From positions 164,550 through 228,549 of the forward strand of contig PBSN01000008.1 of NCBI GenBank assembly GCA_002726235.1: a stretch of 64,000 nucleotides of DNA, read 5' to 3'. How positions within the stretch are numbered: the stretch's first letter is position 1; each line of letters opens with the position of its first letter. Below are positions 58,539 to 64,000 of this stretch, piece by piece. The notes under the pieces are model-generated. The model was not told the DNA's origin, made no database searches, and worked only from the letters and a program-made list of their open reading frames with translations. The DNA comes from Nitrospiraceae bacterium (GTDB lineage Bacteria > Nitrospirota > Nitrospiria > Nitrospirales > UBA2166). The position numbers and the translations under genes were made by a program.

Positions 58539-58769
58539 ATGAAAGAGGGGTTGGTGTCTCACAGTTTGACAGCGTTTGTAAAGGGAGTTGCCGTCGCTAC
58601 CCGTTTGGGTTTGGCATTGGTGGCTACTGTCATTGTTGGTGCGGTTCTTGGGTATGGGATTGATCTGTGGCTTGGATCTGCGCCGTGGGCAATGATTGTT
58701 GGTGTGTTCTTCGGTGGAATTGGAGGCATGCTGAACGTATATCGCAGAGTAATGCGCACTGGTGTGTGA
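58539..58769 (+). CDS. AtpZ/AtpI-like small membrane protein
   Basis: 76 aa with two TM helices, GAVLGYGIDLWLGSAPWAMIVGVFFGGIGGMLNVYR, resembling the ATP-synthase gene-1 family. No atp genes are adjacent. Confidence 0.55.
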   Translation: MKEGLVSHSLTAFVKGVAVATRLGLALVATVIVGAVLGYGIDLWLGSAPWAMIVGVFFGGIGGMLNVYRRVMRTGV

Positions 58770-58793
58770 GCTAGAGAGTCCTTCTCAACAAGT

Positions 58794-59597
58794 TTAGTAT
58801 GCCTTGCCTTGGCGGTACCCCTCAATGTCCATTGTTACATGACGAAAACCAAGTGTTTTGAGTTGTGTCAACACTCGGTTGCGAGTCTCCTCTTTTAATA
58901 GGCGTGGAAAATCATTCACATCTAGTTCGATTCGAGCAGCATCGTGGTACCAACGAACTCTGACGTGGTGGAAGCCCTCATTCAACAGTACTGCCTCTGC
59001 AGCAGCGACATTGTCTAATCGTTCATAGGTGACTGGAATTCCGCGGGGAATTCGTGATGAAAGGCACGGAGATGCCGGCTTGTTCCAATTCGGAAGGTTG
59101 GTGGATTGTGCGAGTATTCGCACATCATTTTTCGTTAATTTTGTCTCCATGAGCGGGCTTCTGACGCTGAAAAATTGTGCCGCAACGATCCCAGGTCGGT
59201 CGTCGTGGAGGTCATCATAGTTTGTCCCATCAACGATGGTCGCAATGCCTAATTGATCGGCAAGTTTCTGGAGTTTTGTGTACAGGTCATTTTTGCAATG
59301 ATAGCATCGCTGTCCGTCATTCTTTACGAAGTTCGAATCAAGAAGCTGATCGGTCGTGATGACGTGATGTTGAGCTCCAATGACGTCGGAACAAATGCGG
59401 ATAGCGTCTCTGAGTTCGTGTTCCGAGAGAGTGGGGGATAGGGCTGTGGCTGCAATCGCGTGGTTTCCTAAACAATCGTAGGCGGCTTTGAGGACAAGAG
59501 TGCTGTCGATTCCTCCTGAAAATGCCACGAGCACCGATTGCATTTTTTTAATAACATTTTGAAGTTCCTGGTACTTTACTATTTTGGCATTGTGCAT
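58794..59597 (-). CDS. larE: Nickel-pincer cofactor biosynthesis protein LarE (PP-loop ATP-dependent sacrificial sulfur transferase)
   Basis: PP-loop VAFSGGIDSTLV and the LarE cysteine context PASPCLSSRIPRG. Start at MHNAK (59597), overlapping the rlmN 3' end by 19 nt. Confidence 0.85.
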   Translation of the reverse strand: MHNAKIVKYQELQNVIKKMQSVLVAFSGGIDSTLVLKAAYDCLGNHAIAATALSPTLSEHELRDAIRICSDVIGAQHHVITTDQLLDSNFVKNDGQRCYHCKNDLYTKLQKLADQLGIATIVDGTNYDDLHDDRPGIVAAQFFSVRSPLMETKLTKNDVRILAQSTNLPNWNKPASPCLSSRIPRGIPVTYERLDNVAAAEAVLLNEGFHHVRVRWYHDAARIELDVNDFPRLLKEETRNRVLTQLKTLGFRHVTMDIEGYRQGKAY

Positions 59598-60664
59598 AAT
59601 AACTCTCTTGTACTGGCGCCTAGTTGCCCACATGCTCCGAAGACATCTGGACCCTTGCTTTTTCTGAGATAGGTGTCGATATTTTGCCGGATAAGAATAT
59701 TTTGGAATGCAAGGACGGTGGCTTCATCGGGTTTGGCATAGGATGATCGTGGAATTTCATTAAAAGGGATCAAATTCACCATGCAAGGAATGCCTCGTAT
59801 GGAACGGGCAAGCCGGACTGCATCCTGTGGAGAGTCGTTCACCCCTCGCAGAAGAACATATTCAAACGTGAGGCGGCGCCGATGTGGGAGAGGGAGACTG
59901 CGGCACACATCAAGTAACTCGGGAAGAGGACAGATCTTGTTTGCCGCAGGCATGATTGTACGTCGTTGCTCGTTGGTACTTGCATTCAACGACACGGCAA
60001 GGTTGACACCGAGTTCAACAATATCGCGAAACTTATTGGGTATTCCTGCAGTAGAGATAGTAATCCGCCTTGGTGAGAGGCCTAGTCCACATCGTCCATG
60101 AATCATGTTTTGGATTGCAGCACGGACTGGCTCAATGTTCGCTAGTGGTTCTCCCATTCCCATCATCACTACGTTTGTCAATCGTGGTGGAGTCTTGTAG
60201 GTTTTCTCAAGATAATCCTGGACGCTTAAAAACTGTCCAATAATTTCCCCAGCATTGAGATTCCGTTTCAATCCAAGTTTAGCGGTAAGGCAAAACCTAC
60301 AGTCTAAACTGCATCCGATCTGTGTTGAGATGCAGACAGTACGACGGTCACGTTCCGGGATGAGGACGGTTTCAACTGTGGCACCATCGTGCAATTGGAT
60401 GAGAAATTTCGCTGTCCCGTCCTGAGATTGCAAGACGGTGGTGATTGTTGGCCGCTTGATCGTTGCAATAAAGCCGAGGTGCGTTCGATCGTGAATCGAG
60501 AGATCTGTCATGTCATTGATCTGTGTGACATTTCGTTGGTAGATCCACCGCAGAATTTGCTCGGCACGATATGGTTTCCAGCCCTGCAAATGAATGAACC
60601 TTTCCATCTCCGGTTTTGTGATCGAGAGGAGATCGAGTTTCTCTTTTGATGCAAATGGGGGCAT
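59579..60664 (-). CDS. rlmN: 23S rRNA/tRNA (adenine-C2)-methyltransferase RlmN (radical SAM)
   Basis: KPYRAEQILRWIY ... CISTQIGCSLDCRFCLT ... MGMGEPLAN ... GACGQL. Start at ATG 60664 or 60709. Confidence 0.92.
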   Translation of the reverse strand: MPPFASKEKLDLLSITKPEMERFIHLQGWKPYRAEQILRWIYQRNVTQINDMTDLSIHDRTHLGFIATIKRPTITTVLQSQDGTAKFLIQLHDGATVETVLIPERDRRTVCISTQIGCSLDCRFCLTAKLGLKRNLNAGEIIGQFLSVQDYLEKTYKTPPRLTNVVMMGMGEPLANIEPVRAAIQNMIHGRCGLGLSPRRITISTAGIPNKFRDIVELGVNLAVSLNASTNEQRRTIMPAANKICPLPELLDVCRSLPLPHRRRLTFEYVLLRGVNDSPQDAVRLARSIRGIPCMVNLIPFNEIPRSSYAKPDEATVLAFQNILIRQNIDTYLRKSKGPDVFGACGQLGASTRELLCTMPK

Positions 60665-60734
60665 GTGAATCACGCTATCATAGGCATTTCGTGTCGAGCA
60701 AGACTTCACGTCACGCTAAAATCGCTATGTTACA

Positions 60735-62981
60735 ATGTCTTTAATGCGGCATGTTCGTGCGGTTTTCTGTAGCGTGACTCTTGTCAGTTTCTTCGGAATC
60801 CTCTCTTCTCCAGCGTTGGGAGAAAGCCCATCCGCAATAATGACGTTTGATCACACTCAACAGTGTGCTACAGCTAGAGCCTGTTTTGAATCGCACGATC
60901 TGCGCGTAGTTGTGAGCAGATTTCCGGATTCTGTGTGGGCCTCCCGTGCTCGTTTTTTAATTGGAACACAGTTGATTGAAAATGGCGATCCTGCTGGACG
61001 GTCATTGCTTGCGCATTTGGCCGATAAGCTCTCTCTCGTAGCCGATTATGTTCAGTGGTTTCTTGCAAAGTCATTTTTCATAGAAGATAACTTTAAGCAA
61101 GCTGCACTTGCGTATCGATTGATTAATCAGCGATTTCCAGAGAGTCTTTTGGCGCACCGTGCCCGATATTTTGAAGGGTTCTCATGGTATAGATTTGAAG
61201 ATTGTGATGCTGCGGAAAAACCATTGATGAAGGTTTTTGTTGGGCATTCCGATCATATGGACGTGGATCTTTCCCTTCGTCCGGTATCTGGCCTTCATCT
61301 CGCGGACTGTTACCTGAAACGCGGGCGTACAGGGGATGCCGCAGACGTCCTCTGGCGCGTTTGGACAGATATGCCACACCTCCTTCGTAAAGCAGATACA
61401 CAAGCCGCTCTTGTCGCTTTCGAAAGTCTTAAAATTTCAAGCGAACATGCTACAACTGAGCAGTTGTGGCGGCGAGCCGGCGCATTCTTTCATGCCGGTC
61501 AATATTCAAAAGCTGTGGACGCGTTCACCGTGTATCTTCGTGTTGCGACTGCACAAAGTCATGTGCACAGCGTGGATGGACAGGTAAAGCTTGGTATCTC
61601 GTTGGTAAAAATACGGCGGTTAGACGAAGCTAGGAGGATCTTGGAGAATGCAGTTCAGCAGTTTTCATCTGATGTTGGATCTGAGGCATATCTATGGCTC
61701 ATGCGGACATATCTTCGGTTGGGAGATGGAGAAGAACTCCAAGCTCTTAGCCATAAGGTGGCAACTTTACCTCTCCCTCCATCTACCAATGTTGCAACTC
61801 TCTACTTCCTTGGTTTATGGCAAGAAGATCAGCAGAGTGTGCTAGAAGCACGTAGGACGTATCAGTATGCGATGGAAATAGCTGTTGACGAGCATGCGGA
61901 TGAGTGGACGTACAGTGTGCTGTGGCAGTTAGGGTGGATTTATTTTCGGACAGGAGACTATGTTGAGGCGGTTCAAGTATTTGACCGCATAATTGCAAAT
62001 CCAAGCGGGAGTGGATTTCAGAGAGCTCTCTATTGGAAAGCAATTGCGCTAGAGTACTTAGGTAAAGCAGAGGACAGTCATGTAGTGCTTCTTGCGCTCT
62101 GTGAAGATTTTCCGCATGGATACTACTGTCAGAATACGCGTCGTTATCTTGCCATTTCTCGATCTGGCGAGAAACGTTCACTTTGGTTCGGATCCATAGT
62201 AGCGGCAAATCGGTCTCTCGATAGAGTTCAGGAGATGATCTTCTTGGGATTAATCAGTGATGCAATGACTATCCTGCAAACTGCTCTTGGGGATGATGTC
62301 CTTGAATCAGGGCAGTATTTGGCCGTTAGTCAACACCTACAGGCTGTTGGTGCTACGCACCAGTCTCTACGGTTGATGAAACAACGCTTCGCTGATGTTA
62401 TTCATGGTGGAGATGACGGTGTGCCGTCGCTGTTCTGGGATTTGGCGTATCCGAAGATGTATATGCCTGTTATCCGGGACGCTATTGCCGAAGACTCCAT
62501 CAATCCCCTTGATCCTTATTTGGTCACTGCGTTGATTCGGGAAGAAAGTGCGTTTGACGCGAGTGCACGGTCAAAGGCTGGTGCATTGGGATTGATGCAA
62601 CTCATTCCTCAAACCGCGCATCAGATCGCAATCTCCCGTGAAGTGAAGTTATTTAATTCGAACAGGTTGCTTGATCCTCACCTTAATATTCGATTCGGAG
62701 TATCGTATTTCCGCTCGTTGCTCAAGCAGTTTGACGGAAACCTTGTTTTTTCGATTGCCGGGTACAATGCGGGTCCTGCCGCAGTCGCGCGGTGGAAGGA
62801 TAAGGTGGCGGAAATGTTATGGAATGCGGGGGAGCGTGTGTCTGATGAAGAGAAATTTATTGAATCGATTCCCTATAAGGAAACACGAAATTATGTGAAG
62901 CGTGTACTCCAAGTATACAGAGAATATCATCGAGTAAATGAGACCGATTGCAGAGTGAGTGCTCTTGACAAACAATGTTGA
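60735..62981 (+). CDS. slt: Soluble lytic murein transglycosylase (Slt70-like)
   Basis: Signal peptide, a long alpha-superhelical/TPR-like N-domain, and a C-terminal SLT catalytic domain ALIREESAFDASARSKAGALGLMQLIPQTA ... AGYNAGP. Confidence 0.88.
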   Translation: MSLMRHVRAVFCSVTLVSFFGILSSPALGESPSAIMTFDHTQQCATARACFESHDLRVVVSRFPDSVWASRARFLIGTQLIENGDPAGRSLLAHLADKLSLVADYVQWFLAKSFFIEDNFKQAALAYRLINQRFPESLLAHRARYFEGFSWYRFEDCDAAEKPLMKVFVGHSDHMDVDLSLRPVSGLHLADCYLKRGRTGDAADVLWRVWTDMPHLLRKADTQAALVAFESLKISSEHATTEQLWRRAGAFFHAGQYSKAVDAFTVYLRVATAQSHVHSVDGQVKLGISLVKIRRLDEARRILENAVQQFSSDVGSEAYLWLMRTYLRLGDGEELQALSHKVATLPLPPSTNVATLYFLGLWQEDQQSVLEARRTYQYAMEIAVDEHADEWTYSVLWQLGWIYFRTGDYVEAVQVFDRIIANPSGSGFQRALYWKAIALEYLGKAEDSHVVLLALCEDFPHGYYCQNTRRYLAISRSGEKRSLWFGSIVAANRSLDRVQEMIFLGLISDAMTILQTALGDDVLESGQYLAVSQHLQAVGATHQSLRLMKQRFADVIHGGDDGVPSLFWDLAYPKMYMPVIRDAIAEDSINPLDPYLVTALIREESAFDASARSKAGALGLMQLIPQTAHQIAISREVKLFNSNRLLDPHLNIRFGVSYFRSLLKQFDGNLVFSIAGYNAGPAAVARWKDKVAEMLWNAGERVSDEEKFIESIPYKETRNYVKRVLQVYREYHRVNETDCRVSALDKQC

Positions 62982-63037
62982 ACGTCGTACGATTTTTATC
63001 GGAATATTTGTAGAAATGCACAATATATTGGGCCATC

Positions 63038-63298
63038 ATGGAAACGAAGATACTTGATGTTCTCGATTCGAGGATTAAAGGGTTGCTTCAGGTCATCCAT
63101 GATCTGCAACGTAAGAATGCGATGATGGTGATGCAGCTTGAGGAAGTAGAATTGAGATTGGAAAAACAAGCAGGTGAGGTTGGCCGATGGGAAGGCGAAC
63201 GGCAGATGGTTCGAGATAAGATCGAATCTGTTCTGAATGAGCTTGAGTTGGTTGGTGATTCACCTCGGGGTACTGCTGTGATAAACGGTGAAGATTGA
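63038..63298 (+). CDS. Coiled-coil protein, ZapB-like
   Basis: 86-aa heptad-rich ORF (LDSRIKGLLQVIHDLQRKNAMMVMQLEEVELRLEKQ). Its stop overlaps the zapA start. Confidence 0.5.
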   Translation: METKILDVLDSRIKGLLQVIHDLQRKNAMMVMQLEEVELRLEKQAGEVGRWEGERQMVRDKIESVLNELELVGDSPRGTAVINGED

Positions 63299-63310
63299 AA
63301 ACGGTGAAGA
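63283..63310 (+). repeat. 12-nt direct repeat flanking the zapB-like/zapA junction
   Basis: AAACGGTGAAGA (63283-63294), then TTGA (zapA TTG start overlapping the upstream TGA stop), then AAACGGTGAAGA (63299-63310). Confidence 0.9.
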
Positions 63311-63597
63311 ATGAAGTTGAGGTGGAAGTTTTTGGCCAGAAGCATACCGTCATTGGCGATGGTGAGCCGTCCTACATCAAGGAACTCGCGCAGTATGTTG
63401 ATCAGGCCATGGTACGCTTAGCAGGCAATATGCGTAGGGAAACTGCTGCGAGGTTAGCCACCTTAGTCGCGATTAATTGTGCCGACGAGTTGTTTCGTTT
63501 GCGGAAAGAACGTAATGATGACCTGCACATGGTTACTGTGTGGGCAACAAATACGATTGAGTTGATTGAGCAGGAAATGGAGGTAGCATCCCAATGA
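63295..63597 (+). CDS. zapA: Cell division protein ZapA
   Basis: VEVEVFGQKHTVIGDGEPSYIKELAQYVDQAM ... TAARLATLVAINCADELFRLRKE is the ZapA pattern. In-frame starts are TTG 63295 or GTG 63304. Confidence 0.8.
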   Translation: MKTVKNEVEVEVFGQKHTVIGDGEPSYIKELAQYVDQAMVRLAGNMRRETAARLATLVAINCADELFRLRKERNDDLHMVTVWATNTIELIEQEMEVASQ

Positions 63598-64000
63598 AGA
63601 TCGTAATAGATGGTGTGAACAGGCTTTGGTGTTTAGTTTTTGTAAATTTTACTGCATAGTCAGTGTTAGATTGTCCTAAGGAGAAGGAGATAGTCGTTTC
63701 CTAATTGGAGGCGGTGGTGGCGTAGCACGGTACTTGGTAAAGGTTGATGTGCAGGAGGAAGACTGGTTCAAAGTGTATGTCGTGAAACTGACATACTAGT
63801 GTTTGTGTTGTGGGTGCGCTGAATACTGTACTGGGATTAGAAGATGGTGGGTGATACGTGTGGGTCTGTAGCGGAGAAGGTTGTCATTGGCCTCGTGAAA
63901 GGAACTGTATTCGTGGCATTTCAGGAGGTTTTCGCCAACGATGAGCTCTAGGCTCATTCGGGAATAATATTTTCATTTAGCTTTTATTACACCCTAACTT

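Noticed and set aside
1-64000. Looked for CRISPR arrays, IS elements or transposases, integrases, tRNA/rRNA/tmRNA/RNase P genes, and defence or toxin-antitoxin modules
   Set aside because: I recognised no repeat-spacer periodicity, no transposase- or integrase-like ORF, and no tRNA-like T-arm or conserved RNase P or tmRNA strings in the intergenic regions I read. This was a by-eye survey, so short or degenerate elements could have been missed.

Overview
This is a dense, mostly housekeeping chromosomal segment of about 60 genes from a diderm (Gram-negative-type) bacterium. The diderm call rests on LptE, an RND pump with its adaptor, TatA, an Slt70-like transglycosylase, and the hopanoid gene hpnH. 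I cannot assign a lineage from the sequence alone.

Gene content from left to right:
- rsmI, a TusA-like gene, and moaC, a moaD-moaE fusion and moaA
- rpsT, then holA-lptE-leuS on the minus strand
- hpnH, an orphan ORF, tatA, and an RND adaptor plus pump
- a sodium:solute symporter followed by a membrane ORF, then mutM, a small c-type cytochrome and ribE
- a long same-strand array: ilvB-ilvN-ilvC-psd-pssA-leuA-leuB-asd-spoIID-like
- a tightly coupled minus-strand operon: gpsA-larB-larC-pdxA-secreted ORF
- a less conserved stretch (34.9-47.6 kb): a PQQ-type sugar dehydrogenase, an unknown secreted protein, a holin-family membrane protein, a frameshifted Gfo/Idh/MocA oxidoreductase, ahcY, a cupredoxin-like protein, an ArsB/NhaD permease, a CBS protein, a double-CHRD protein, an LTD lipoprotein, SCO and a periplasmic HEAT protein
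- a SurA-N-like gene, mreBCD-mrdA-rodA, rng, topA, an atpZ-like gene, rlmN-larE, slt, and a zapB-like gene with zapA
- an ORF-free, C-poor tail of about 400 nt

I recognised no rRNA, tRNA, CRISPR array, transposase, integrase or defence-type gene. I also see no convincing new multi-gene system.

The best leads, all of modest strength:
1. Nickel-pincer cofactor genes (larB, larC, larE) are split over two operons, welded to pdxA/gpsA and rlmN, and no larA lies in the window.
2. A cluster of exported SCO, cupredoxin-like, CHRD, LTD and HEAT proteins has candidate operator repeats in its divergent promoter region.
3. The non-coding region downstream of zapA is where 6S RNA often sits.
4. A single-base frameshift splits an oxidoreductase.
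5. A MoaD-MoaE fusion lies beside a TusA-like gene.

My family calls come from reading the translated ORFs and recognising motifs. I ran no searches.
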